NCBI GenBank assembly: GCA_009701845.1
Contig: WLJI01000001.1
Location: 1 to 53,876, forward strand
DNA from: Actinomycetota bacterium
GTDB lineage: Bacteria > Actinomycetota > Acidimicrobiia > Acidimicrobiales > Microtrichaceae
DNA length: 53,876 nt
Reading direction: 5' to 3'
Shown: in pieces, positions 1-8,332 of the stretch
Numbering within the stretch: the first letter of the stretch is position 1
Layout: every line of letters begins with the position of its first letter
Position numbers and translations under genes: made by a program
The notes under the pieces: generated by a model
What the model was told of the DNA's origin: nothing
Seen by the model: the letters and a program-made list of their open reading frames with translations, nothing else
Database searches by the model: none

Positions 1-2
1 AG

Positions 3-425
3 AAGCTCGCCTTTCTGCGAGACGGAATCGTTCGCCTGACGGAGCTTCGATCAGCTGGCAATCACGTCTTGTTTACCGGCGACTTGAACGTGGCACACCA
101 TGAGGTTGATATAAAGAACTGGCGCGGCAACATTGGACGCGCCGGGTTTCACCCTGATGAGCGCGCCTACCTAGACGAGCTCATTGACCAGCTGGGATGG
201 GTAGACCTTGGCCGCTCGCTCGCAGGCGAAGGACCAGGTCCTTACACCTGGTGGTCCTACCGAGGTCAAGCGTTTGATAACGACGCTGGATGGCGCATTG
301 ACTACCAGATCGCCACACCTGAACTAGCAGACTTGGCACGCTCGGCCACTGTTCACCGCTCCCCCAGCTACGGCGAACGCTGGTCTGACCACGCTCCGCT
401 CAGCGTGGAGTTCGACCTGCAGTAA
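3..425 (+). CDS. xth: Exodeoxyribonuclease III / AP endonuclease (5'-partial)
   Basis: Frame is open from the window edge (KLAFL...GNHVLFTGDLNVAH). EEP-family motifs GDLNVAH, YTWWSYR, GWRIDYQ and SDHAP are present. Confidence 0.93.
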   Translation, partial: KLAFLRDGIVRLTELRSAGNHVLFTGDLNVAHHEVDIKNWRGNIGRAGFHPDERAYLDELIDQLGWVDLGRSLAGEGPGPYTWWSYRGQAFDNDAGWRIDYQIATPELADLARSATVHRSPSYGERWSDHAPLSVEFDLQ

Positions 426-467
426 TCAGCCCCAGCTGGTTTGTTGGGGCGCTATGAGGCTCGACAG

Positions 468-902
468 CTAGTGCGAACGACTGTGCATTGCAGCGTTGAG
501 GGCTTCGATCAGTTGCATGACTTCCGAGCTATCGCCTGGCAGAACAAGCCCGGTCTCCCAAGCGTGCAATTCGGCGTTGACCTGAAGCGCTAGGTCTAAA
601 CCCTGTGGAGTGAGCTCAACTACAACTCGACGACCGTCGTCGGGATCTGGTGAACGAACGACTAGCCCGGCTGCAACTAGGCGATCCAGAGTGAGTGTCA
701 TCCCGCCGGTGGTACGACCAAGAATGTCGGCAATCGCAGTTGGAGCGCTGCGGCCTGCCTTACCACCGCGAATCACTCCGAGTACCAAGTAGTCGGCCAT
801 CGTCAGCCCAGCACGCTCGGCGATTTGCTCCAATACGTGGCTGACCGAGAGATTCAACCGAATAATCGCGCCAAGCAACCCATCACCGGAGTTGTCAGGC
901 AC
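468..902 (-). CDS. MarR-family transcriptional regulator
   Basis: wHTH pattern TTGGMTLTLDRLVAAGLVVRSPDPDDGRRVVVELTPQG. Start is uncertain: GTG at 902 overlaps the upstream stop (GTGCCTGA), and the ORF extends to 941. Confidence 0.88.
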   Translation of the reverse strand: MPDNSGDGLLGAIIRLNLSVSHVLEQIAERAGLTMADYLVLGVIRGGKAGRSAPTAIADILGRTTGGMTLTLDRLVAAGLVVRSPDPDDGRRVVVELTPQGLDLALQVNAELHAWETGLVLPGDSSEVMQLIEALNAAMHSRSH

Positions 903-2139
903 TGATCCCGAACCGTTCAAGTCCATAGGCGCGGATGGCATTACCTCTCAAGAACTCGTAGCACTCTGATGCGTCCATGCCGGCACCGGCGCAGAGCCGA
1001 TGAGCCACCGAACGCGACTCTGGCCAGGTGCCATCAGTGTGGGGATAGTCAGTCTCGAAGAGAATGTGCTCAAGGCCAACGGCATCGCGACTCTTCAGGC
1101 CGTGCTGGTCATCAAATACACACCCCCACACGCGACCTTTGACAATCTCGCTAGGCAGTTCGTCAAGATGCACGCCGGCGGCAGCACCCTCGCTGGCCAC
1201 GATGTCCATCCGCTCAATCAAGTACGGCATCCATCCAATCTGGCTCTCGGCAAAAGCAATCTTGAGTTGCGGGAAGCGAGACAGCGTTCCGGAGAACACC
1301 CAGTCGGTCAGCGAGCCCTGAGCATTTTGCGAACTCAAAGCCATTGACACTCCGAGCGGAGCGTCGGCACTCGTTGAGGGCATGCTGGAGGAGGAACCGA
1401 TATGCATCGAGACCGTTGTGTCTGACTCCATGCAGGCATCCCACAAAACGTCCCACTCGCCGCTATGCATGGATGCGCAGCCAAGCTTGGACGGATTCTC
1501 TGAAAAGCCAATGGCGTAGCTTCCCTTGGCAGCGCAGCGTCGCACCTCTGCAGCGGCAAGCGCTGGGTCCCAGAGCGGTACAAGGGTGAGCGGAATCAAT
1601 CGACCAGCGCCCTCACCGCCACACCAATCCTCAATCATCCAGTCGTTGTATATCTGCAAACAAGCCAGAGCTAGGTCTTTGTCGGCCCGCTCTGCAAAGC
1701 CCTGCCCGGCAAAGCGCGGAAACGTGTTGGGGTAGTTGATCGCAGCTTGCACATGGTTCTGGTCCATGTCGATGAGTCGTGCACTGCGGTCATAGGTGCC
1801 GGGTCGGAAGTCCTCATAGATGGCAGGTACGTTGATCTGATCCTCATCGGCATAACCCACTGCGGCATGCAGCAACCCGGTTGGCATGACGAGGTCATCG
1901 AAGAGCCACAGATCGCAGAGCTTGCCCGCCTCGTCTCCGCGGGTGAACCCGTAGTGGCCACCCTTGAACTCGAGTGACACTTTCTCTCGAACAACTCGCG
2001 GTCCCCGCTCACGCAGGCTGGGCGGCAACTGCTCTTGCCACAGGGTGCGAGGCTCCAAAATGTGATCATCCACCGAAATGATGAGCGGAAGATCACTCTC
2101 GGCTGGGGTAACTGAGGAAGTGGGAAGTGTTGCGGTCAC
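895..2139 (-). CDS. Amidohydrolase_2 family metallohydrolase/decarboxylase
   Basis: Motifs ISVDDH, YNDW, SMHIGS, AESQIGW and FETDYPHTDGTWP are typical of actinobacterial amidohydrolase_2 proteins. Confidence 0.9.
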   Translation of the reverse strand: MTATLPTSSVTPAESDLPLIISVDDHILEPRTLWQEQLPPSLRERGPRVVREKVSLEFKGGHYGFTRGDEAGKLCDLWLFDDLVMPTGLLHAAVGYADEDQINVPAIYEDFRPGTYDRSARLIDMDQNHVQAAINYPNTFPRFAGQGFAERADKDLALACLQIYNDWMIEDWCGGEGAGRLIPLTLVPLWDPALAAAEVRRCAAKGSYAIGFSENPSKLGCASMHSGEWDVLWDACMESDTTVSMHIGSSSSMPSTSADAPLGVSMALSSQNAQGSLTDWVFSGTLSRFPQLKIAFAESQIGWMPYLIERMDIVASEGAAAGVHLDELPSEIVKGRVWGCVFDDQHGLKSRDAVGLEHILFETDYPHTDGTWPESRSVAHRLCAGAGMDASECYEFLRGNAIRAYGLERFGISA

Positions 2140-2142
2140 GTG

Positions 2143-2754
2143 TTATCTCTCTTCGCTAGGTAGTGGTTCGGTATGCAGTGGTTCGGTATGTAGTGGTTCG
2201 GTAAGCAGTGGGTCAGCATGTGGTGGGTTTGCGTTGCTGGAATTCTCGCCGGGCGAGGCCCAAAGACTTCGCAGGTCAGTGAGCCAGTCGGGGTACTCAA
2301 GCTCAACATCTGGCAAGGGCTCTGCCCCCTGCTCGGCCAAGGCGCGCTCGAACAACTCGGGTTGCTCCCCCCAAGAGCGTGGGTCCCCCATCATCACTTC
2401 AAACATGACAGCCCCCTCGTCACCAGCGCGAATCGGGCCAAAGGCTGCACCTGTTGGAAGTTCAATGTGGGTTCCGGCTGGACACCAGCGCTGCCCAAAC
2501 CATGCGCCGCCTTCAAGGATCATCACGACATGCGGGCTGAAGTGGCCGTGCCGCCGCACAATCATCCCTGGGTCATATTTGGCATAGAGCGTCAGATACT
2601 GAGGGTCAGCAGCACATGCCAGCCATTTCTCCCACACAGATGACTCACTGCCGTCGGCGTTGCGTTGACGCTTGACCTGCTGCCAGGTCACCTCTGGGTC
2701 ATCAAGGTGTCGAAAGGTGGGCTCGGTTGCTTCTGTCGAACTCTCCGAGGTCAT
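2143..2754 (-). CDS. Cupin-fold protein (ChrR-like) with a repetitive C-terminal tail
   Basis: HGH..HVVMILEG and CPAGTHIELPTGAAFGP cupin-like motifs. 3-bp gap to the amidohydrolase. Confidence 0.7.
   Translation of the reverse strand: MTSESSTEATEPTFRHLDDPEVTWQQVKRQRNADGSESSVWEKWLACAADPQYLTLYAKYDPGMIVRRHGHFSPHVVMILEGGAWFGQRWCPAGTHIELPTGAAFGPIRAGDEGAVMFEVMMGDPRSWGEQPELFERALAEQGAEPLPDVELEYPDWLTDLRSLWASPGENSSNANPPHADPLLTEPLHTEPLHTEPLPSEER
2161..2220. repeat. 15-bp tandem repeat x4 (YAGTGGTTCGGTAWG), encoding (TEPLH)n
   Basis: tagtggttcggtatg / cagtggttcggtatg / tagtggttcggtaag / cagtgggtcagcatg. Confidence 0.9.
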
Positions 2755-2919
2755 GGAAACTAGCTTTACACATAGCTACCCCGCCGACAAGGTCGGTGAG
2801 CAGAATTGCTGTCTAACTAATTCTGGGGCCGCAGAAACTTTAGAAAAATGCAAGATTCAGCGCAGTGCTTCATGAAACTTGTTAACTTCCTCAGAATCCA
2901 CTAACTGAGCGGGGTTCAT

Positions 2920-3078
2920 ATGTCAGCTATTACTACTTCACCGAAGTTCAAGATGTCACCAAAAGCCAAGCGCTTTGCGTCAACTGGTGCACTCATGGGG
3001 ATGGTTGCCATCTTCAGCACCGGCTGCACCGCAGACGAGATTCTGACGATCGCCAAGATCGTCGGCTTCTTTATCTAA
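2920..3078 (+). CDS. Small putative prelipoprotein, 52 aa (MSAITTSPKFKMSPKAKRFASTGALMGMVAIFSTGCTADEILTIAKIVGFFI)
   Basis: Below the ORF-track cutoff; translated by hand. Purine-rich RBS-like gagcgggg, GC3-rich codons, basic N-region, hydrophobic stretch and STG-C lipobox-like motif. Alternative ATG at 2953. A strong hairpin follows. Confidence 0.65.
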   Translation: MSAITTSPKFKMSPKAKRFASTGALMGMVAIFSTGCTADEILTIAKIVGFFI

Positions 3079-3096
3079 TTCTGCTTTTTATCTCAT

Positions 3097-3165
3097 TCTG
3101 ACTGCGTGGGTCTGGGCCATATTTCTTCGGGAATGTATGTCCTGGATCCACGCAGTTCAGTTTTG
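3097..3165. terminator. Long imperfect hairpin with a cUUCGg loop, likely a (bidirectional) intrinsic terminator
   Basis: ctgcgtgg...c-ttcg-g...ccacgcag followed by ttcagtttt. It lies between the convergent small ORF and dinB. Confidence 0.7.
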
Positions 3166-3179
3166 TCATCGTTGTTCGA

Positions 3180-3770
3180 TTAGCTAGTCATCCCGGCGCG
3201 GCCCAAGGGTGCGTCAAGGCCAACTCCGGCAAGGCCACGAGCAAGTTCGATCTCGCCCATGTGGCGAAGACCATGCTGGTAATGCCAGCACTCAATGGCA
3301 TCAAGCACCGTGATCCCCTCGGGTCCAGCGCAGCGAGCGCTGTACGTGCTTGCGACTACCTCGGGGAACGGCCGAGGGATAAGTACCTCTCTCAGGCGAT
3401 CAGGATCAAGCAGCGCAAGCCAACCCTCGGTGCGGCCAAAGACGGTTCGCTGATAGTCCTTGAACTCCTCGTAGTTGCCGATTCGTTGCTGAACCATCTC
3501 GTGAACGGTGCGTTCCTTACCGTTGTCATCAATTGCCATCTGCACTCGCTCTTGCCACTGCTCGTTCCAGATGGGAAGTTCGCCTGAGACCACCATAAAC
3601 GTGGTGTCTTGCATATGTGTGTAGTGAAAGAGTGAGAAAGCAATCGGCAACACTCCCTCACGCTCGAAATGATTCACCTGATCTAGGGTCATCGAATCCA
3701 CAGCCTGGTAGTAGAGCGAATGCATTGTTGCCATGCGTCGCTGTAGCGAATCCAAAATCAGCTCAGCCAT
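3180..3770 (-). CDS. DinB/YfiT-superfamily protein (putative thiol transferase / metalloprotein)
   Basis: N-terminal SLFH and C-terminal HGLRHMGEI give the His triad of the DinB four-helix bundle. RBS aaggag. Confidence 0.75.
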   Translation of the reverse strand: MAELILDSLQRRMATMHSLYYQAVDSMTLDQVNHFEREGVLPIAFSLFHYTHMQDTTFMVVSGELPIWNEQWQERVQMAIDDNGKERTVHEMVQQRIGNYEEFKDYQRTVFGRTEGWLALLDPDRLREVLIPRPFPEVVASTYSARCAGPEGITVLDAIECWHYQHGLRHMGEIELARGLAGVGLDAPLGRAGMTS

Positions 3771-3797
3771 CCGAACTCCTTCTTAGGTCAGTGTTCT

Positions 3798-3857
3798 GCA
3801 AGCCACGAATCCGCAAGCCACGAATCCGCAAGTCACGAATCCGAAAGTCAGGAATCA
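3798..3857. repeat. 15-bp tandem repeat x4 (GCAAGYCACGAATCC) at the oxygenase stop codon
   Basis: gcaagccacgaatcc x2, gcaagtcacgaatcc, gaaagtcaggaatca. The last copy contains the stop codon. Confidence 0.9.
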
Positions 3858-5332
3858 GCGGCACGCAGGGCAAAGTAGCCGCCGTGGAAGCCGAAGGGTA
3901 GGCGCTCTGGAAGATGTACGCGAGCAATAGGCCCAGCAGCCACATCCCGGGCGTCCATGACAACCAAGTCACTCCGAAGAGAATCACTGATCAGCGAATC
4001 TGCTGCCAAGCCGCGCGGACTCACCACGGCGATCAACCAGCCATCGTTCTCGTTGTCACCCTCAGGGTCTGCGACAAATACTGCCTCGCCGACAACCATT
4101 CCGGGGCCGGCGAACCACGTTGCACGCTCGCCGCTCAGGTCGTCATAGCTCACCACTGTGTCGAAATGACCAATCACATCCGGTACTCCAGAGAACGCAA
4201 CCATGTAGCGGTAGCGGTTCTTCACTCCCAAGTACTGCTCGTTGATACGAGGGAAGTCGCCGCCTAGGTCGTCAAGCTGCTCTTGCAGTACAGCTCCAGA
4301 GCTGAAGTTCACGCTAAAGCGAGTAGGCGTGCCGGGATCAGCCTGCGCCCCTTCGGTCGTCATCGCGCTGTTCTCGCTTGTGGAGTATGCCTCGCCTGTC
4401 AGGACTGAGCCGGAGAAGGTGAGCACGCCATCTTCAACCCAACCGTTCCAAAAATGATTGACATACGCATCCTCGGTTTGGAACCAACGAACTTCATCCT
4501 CGCCATGTGCCAACACCCCAATACGAGTTCCGTGAGCAGGCTCCCAGCGAAACATCGACCCCCCATTCAGCGCTGACTCAAGATCCATCAGAAGCGGTGA
4601 GTCAACAAAGACCACATAGTTCTCGGTGACCACAAAGTCGTGCATGACCACGGCCTCGGTCAGCTCTATGTCGACGGTGCGAACAAGCTCGCCCGATGAG
4701 TCAATCTGGTGATACTGCAGAAAGGGAGGCTCGGAAAGGTACGAGAACGCGTGCAGCTCGCCTGTTCGTGGGTCAACTTTTGGATGCGCAGTAAACGGGC
4801 CAGTTAACTGACCGCCGAAAGTCTGCAACCCAACGGTCTCGAGTTCGGCTGTGACCTCTGTTGCCGGAGCAGCCTCGTAGAGAGCCAGAAATCTGCCGGC
4901 GTGCTCGATGATGTTGGTGTTCGCTGGATTCTTGATTGCTCCCGCAGTGCCCACCTCTTTCCTAGAGGGCAGGTGTAATCCGCCCAAGCCGCCATAGAGC
5001 GAACGCCCGGCCGCAATCTCTGCCTCAAGCGCAGAGGTTCTAATCCAGCGACTCCGATACACGGGTTGACCGTCACCAAATACGACTCTGTGCAACATGG
5101 CATCACCATCAAACATGTGGTACCCGCCACGAGGTTCAAACAAGGGGTTTGGCCCATTACGGATGTACATGCCGCTCAGTCCAGCGGGCAGATCACCCGT
5201 GACCTCAAGTGCAACATCATCAGACTCAGTTGCAAGCGGAGTGAAGAGGCCCGACAGCATCGGCTGGTCTCGCTCGTTGGTTACGTTGCCAACAAGATGA
5301 GCATGTTCCGTAGCAGTCACAGAGTTCTCCAA
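3848..5332 (-). CDS. Carotenoid cleavage / lignostilbene-type dioxygenase (RPE65 family)
   Basis: RNGPNP and FDGDAM motifs, four Fe-binding His (TAHPK, MHDF, NHFWN, GFHG), plus DFPRIN and GEAVFV. Confidence 0.93.
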   Translation of the reverse strand: MENSVTATEHAHLVGNVTNERDQPMLSGLFTPLATESDDVALEVTGDLPAGLSGMYIRNGPNPLFEPRGGYHMFDGDAMLHRVVFGDGQPVYRSRWIRTSALEAEIAAGRSLYGGLGGLHLPSRKEVGTAGAIKNPANTNIIEHAGRFLALYEAAPATEVTAELETVGLQTFGGQLTGPFTAHPKVDPRTGELHAFSYLSEPPFLQYHQIDSSGELVRTVDIELTEAVVMHDFVVTENYVVFVDSPLLMDLESALNGGSMFRWEPAHGTRIGVLAHGEDEVRWFQTEDAYVNHFWNGWVEDGVLTFSGSVLTGEAYSTSENSAMTTEGAQADPGTPTRFSVNFSSGAVLQEQLDDLGGDFPRINEQYLGVKNRYRYMVAFSGVPDVIGHFDTVVSYDDLSGERATWFAGPGMVVGEAVFVADPEGDNENDGWLIAVVSPRGLAADSLISDSLRSDLVVMDARDVAAGPIARVHLPERLPFGFHGGYFALRAADS

Positions 5333-5351
5333 ACCCTCGGCGAACCTTCAG

Positions 5352-5366
5352 GTTAACACTGTTCAC
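5352..5366. promoter_or_regulatory. Imperfect palindrome GTTAAC-act-GTTCAC, a possible repressor operator upstream of the oxygenase
   Basis: Dyad about 20 bp upstream of the oxygenase start. Confidence 0.35.
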
Positions 5367-5404
5367 TTTATTGGCTCAGCGGCAGAACGAGCTCAGCATC
5401 AGAA

Positions 5405-5704
5405 CTAACTCGCTAGAAACAAGTTGCTTCGTTCTGCGGCTGAAAACCGAACAGACTCCGGGTCGAAGGCCGCCGGCAAGACGGCCTCGCTGTCTCGGCC
5501 GAGTAGAACTAGTTTGCCGTCACTCAGCGTCTCATGAAGGCGGAACCCCTGCACCCAGCGCTGCGAGTACGCACACCAGACCTCAACAGCAATCTCGGAC
5601 TCACTGCCTACCGAGCGCTCTGTCTGGCACTCGGTTTCAACCCAATCTTCACGAGTGGCGAGCCCAGATTCCCCGAGCACTGTGTCCAACATGGAAACCC
5701 CCAT
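5405..5704 (-). CDS. Small hypothetical protein (beta-rich, SH3/Tudor-like)
   Basis: Fills the gap downstream of whiB in the same orientation. Protein-like core VEVWCAYSQRWVQGFRL...VLPAAFDPESVR. Start may be 5692. Confidence 0.6.
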   Translation of the reverse strand: MGVSMLDTVLGESGLATREDWVETECQTERSVGSESEIAVEVWCAYSQRWVQGFRLHETLSDGKLVLLGRDSEAVLPAAFDPESVRFSAAERSNLFLAS

Positions 5705-5800
5705 TTGACCGCTTCAACGGATTCAACCCCCCGGTTGAGCTATCCCTATCGGACGAATCTGCGATTACTTGAGCCCTTGGACCAAAAATTCTTTCAGAAC

Positions 5801-6073
5801 TTACGCGGTCTGGTGCTGAGCAGTCAGGGTGCGAGCCTGCGCCCGCTCGCGGCGGATGCGACGACGCTCGCGCTCGCTGAGTCCGCCCCAAATACCAAAC
5901 TTCTCTCGGTTCGTCAGTGCATATTCCAAGCAATCCTCACGCACGATGCATCCTTGGCACACAGCCTTGGCATCTTTGGTCGAGGCCCCACGCTCGGGAA
6001 AGAAAAGGTCTGGATCTACGCCGAGGCAGTTTGACAACATCTGCCAACTCTTGTCTTCATCGGTCTCGTTCAT
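5801..6073 (-). CDS. whiB: WhiB-family Fe-S transcription factor (WhiB2/WhmD-like)
   Basis: C-x-DPDLFFPERG, CxxC, C, and GIWGGLSERERR. RBS gaggaa. Confidence 0.95.
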   Translation of the reverse strand: MNETDEDKSWQMLSNCLGVDPDLFFPERGASTKDAKAVCQGCIVREDCLEYALTNREKFGIWGGLSERERRRIRRERAQARTLTAQHQTA

Positions 6074-6244
6074 TAGCTAGTTCCTCTTCTGCTTCAACGT
6101 GATCTGCGTGTGGCTCAGGCTTTTTACATCTTGATACTTGCGACCGAAGCTGCAAGTTACAAGTTTGTGATTTGCCATTTTGACCGGTCCGCAGACAATG
6201 CGCAAGCTGCTTTTGCAGTGCTCGCCGATTCCAATCGCCAACTG

Positions 6245-7372
6245 TCAAGAAGTGAATGAGAACTCGTACTGAGATGCGAGTCCCTCGCAGAGGTCGGCGA
6301 CTAACTCGCCGATCATGGGAGTGAATTTGAACCCATGCCCTGAACATGCTGAGCAGACCACCACAGAGCCTTGGCGCCGCAGAACAAACTGCTGATCGGC
6401 CGTGGAGGTAAAGAGACATTTTGAAGAACTCACCGGGTTTGGGTCAAGGCCCGGATGCCATTTCTGAACGTAGGCCACTACCTGATCAATATCGGTCGCG
6501 TTATCGACGCCCACCTTGACTCCGTCAAGCCCAGCAATATCGCTCCCAGCAGTAGCTAGGCCTAGATCAGCTAAGGGCGATTCCATTCCGTATGCGCCGA
6601 AGGTCAAGGCTTCGGCCTTTGCGTGCATGTGGTGTAAAAAGCTGGGCCAGCGCACAGAGGGGTCACGCCTGCGGAAGTGGACGGGAACCTGCTCGCTCAC
6701 GGTCAACTTGGGAAGCTCAAACTCGCCCGGCAAGAGCTCTTCCACCCAAGCTCCAGCGGCAAGCACCAGTAGCCGTGCCCGAATGTTGCGGTGAGGCGTT
6801 CGCAGGATCACTCCATCGGCTGCAGAGTCAATCGCCTGAACTGGCTCATTAAAAAGCACGGACACTCCCCGAGCGGCAGCGCATCGGTGCAACGCTTGCA
6901 ATGTTCGATCCGCAAAGACTCTTCCGCCGGTTCCAGAGTGAACCACTGCTTGATCAAAGCGCATACCAGGCCAGAGTGCCTGAGCCTGATCGGGGCTCAG
7001 TCGCTGCGCTGCGAATCCTGCTGCTTCAAGATTGCCTGCAACCTCCTCGATGGCAGCGGGGTCTCCGTGATCGATCTGACCAGACTGCTCGAGCAGAACC
7101 TCTCCCGACTCGCGTTCTAGCTCGGCCCAAGAACGCAGCGACTCACTCGCGAGTTGCACATAGGTTGGATCGCGGTACGCGACTCGAAAGATGCGTGTTG
7201 CACCATGCGAGGAGCCATGGGAATGACCCGCATCGAACTGCTCGAGCAGCACCACTGAGTGACCGCGTCGGGCCAGTTGCCATGCAGCAGCCGAGCCCAT
7301 TGCCCCGGCACCAATCACCGCAACATCAAAACTCTCGGTTCCCAAGGTCAACGTGCCCACCATCAGTGCCAA
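6245..7372 (-). CDS. Monomeric sarcosine oxidase / N-methyltryptophan oxidase-like flavoprotein
   Basis: VIGAGAMGSAAA, GSSHGATRIFR, C-terminal CLFT (covalent-FAD Cys position) and CSGHGFKF. Confidence 0.88.
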   Translation of the reverse strand: MALMVGTLTLGTESFDVAVIGAGAMGSAAAWQLARRGHSVVLLEQFDAGHSHGSSHGATRIFRVAYRDPTYVQLASESLRSWAELERESGEVLLEQSGQIDHGDPAAIEEVAGNLEAAGFAAQRLSPDQAQALWPGMRFDQAVVHSGTGGRVFADRTLQALHRCAAARGVSVLFNEPVQAIDSAADGVILRTPHRNIRARLLVLAAGAWVEELLPGEFELPKLTVSEQVPVHFRRRDPSVRWPSFLHHMHAKAEALTFGAYGMESPLADLGLATAGSDIAGLDGVKVGVDNATDIDQVVAYVQKWHPGLDPNPVSSSKCLFTSTADQQFVLRRQGSVVVCSACSGHGFKFTPMIGELVADLCEGLASQYEFSFTS

Positions 7373-7414
7373 AGCTATCCCGCAGTTTCAAGTAGCTCTG
7401 GCTAATCTTGCTCC

Positions 7415-8326
7415 GTGAATGATTCCAGCTCTCTCGCCGATTTTGCCGGCAACCGCTACTCACAATCCGGTGAAGATGGAATACTCCAAGAGATTTTTCG
7501 GCGCATCCAGACGGACGTCCAAAGCAAACGGTGGTGCGTCGAGTTCGGCGCATGGGACGGCGAGTACCTCTCAAATACCTGCAGCCTGATTCGAGATCAT
7601 GGCTGGAATGCAGTGCTGATCGAAGGTGATGCGGATCGTGCCGAGCAGCTTCGGAACAATTTCCCCTCTAGCTCGGTCACGGCTCTGTGCGCTTTCGTCG
7701 GACTCACTCAACCGACCCGGCTTGAGGATCTACTTGCGTCGTCACCTTGCCCGAGCGATTTCGACTTCTTGTCGATAGACATTGACGGCTGCGATATCCA
7801 CATCTTGGAGTCCCTACAATCCATCGCCCCAAAGGTCATCTGTATTGAGTTCAACGGAGCAATACCTAACGAAGTTGAGTACGTGCAGCCCGCCGATTTT
7901 TCGGTGAAACAAGGCTCAAGTGCTCTGTCAATTATCGGCGTAGCAAGCAAGAAGGGCTACGACCTTGTCGCTCTGACTGCCACGAACTTGCTGTTCGTTC
8001 GCCAAGATCTCACTGCGTTGGTGTTGGGCACACAGAGGCCCAGTCTTGATGACCTGAGAGACGACAGCGACGCTCGCTGTTTCATCTACTCGGGCTTTGA
8101 TGGAAGCTTGATGACAAGCAAGCCAATCAAGCTTCATTGGCATCTTGTTGAGGTCGACCCAAAGCACCTGCATGCGCTCCCTCGTCCACTGCGGCGATTC
8201 TCGAATGACTACAACCCGTTCCAGAAGGTCCTCTTTGTTGCCTATCTGGGCGTCAAGAATCCGCAGAAGCTCCGCAACTGGTGGAACGGCCGAACGAGAT
8301 TGAGGTTTGGGGCTCGCCACTCGTAG
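7415..8326 (+). CDS. FkbM-like SAM-dependent methyltransferase-fold protein
   Basis: YSQSGEDGIL, VEFGAWDG, SNT, LIEGD, DFLSIDIDGCD and ICIEFN motifs. Confidence 0.75.
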   Translation: MNDSSSLADFAGNRYSQSGEDGILQEIFRRIQTDVQSKRWCVEFGAWDGEYLSNTCSLIRDHGWNAVLIEGDADRAEQLRNNFPSSSVTALCAFVGLTQPTRLEDLLASSPCPSDFDFLSIDIDGCDIHILESLQSIAPKVICIEFNGAIPNEVEYVQPADFSVKQGSSALSIIGVASKKGYDLVALTATNLLFVRQDLTALVLGTQRPSLDDLRDDSDARCFIYSGFDGSLMTSKPIKLHWHLVEVDPKHLHALPRPLRRFSNDYNPFQKVLFVAYLGVKNPQKLRNWWNGRTRLRFGARHS

Positions 8327-8332
8327 AGCGGC

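Noticed and set aside
3763-3987. 74-aa ORF with IRGLR repeats bridging the oxygenase and dinB
   Set aside because: It mostly overlaps the oxygenase in another frame, and its repeat content simply translates the 15-bp tandem array.
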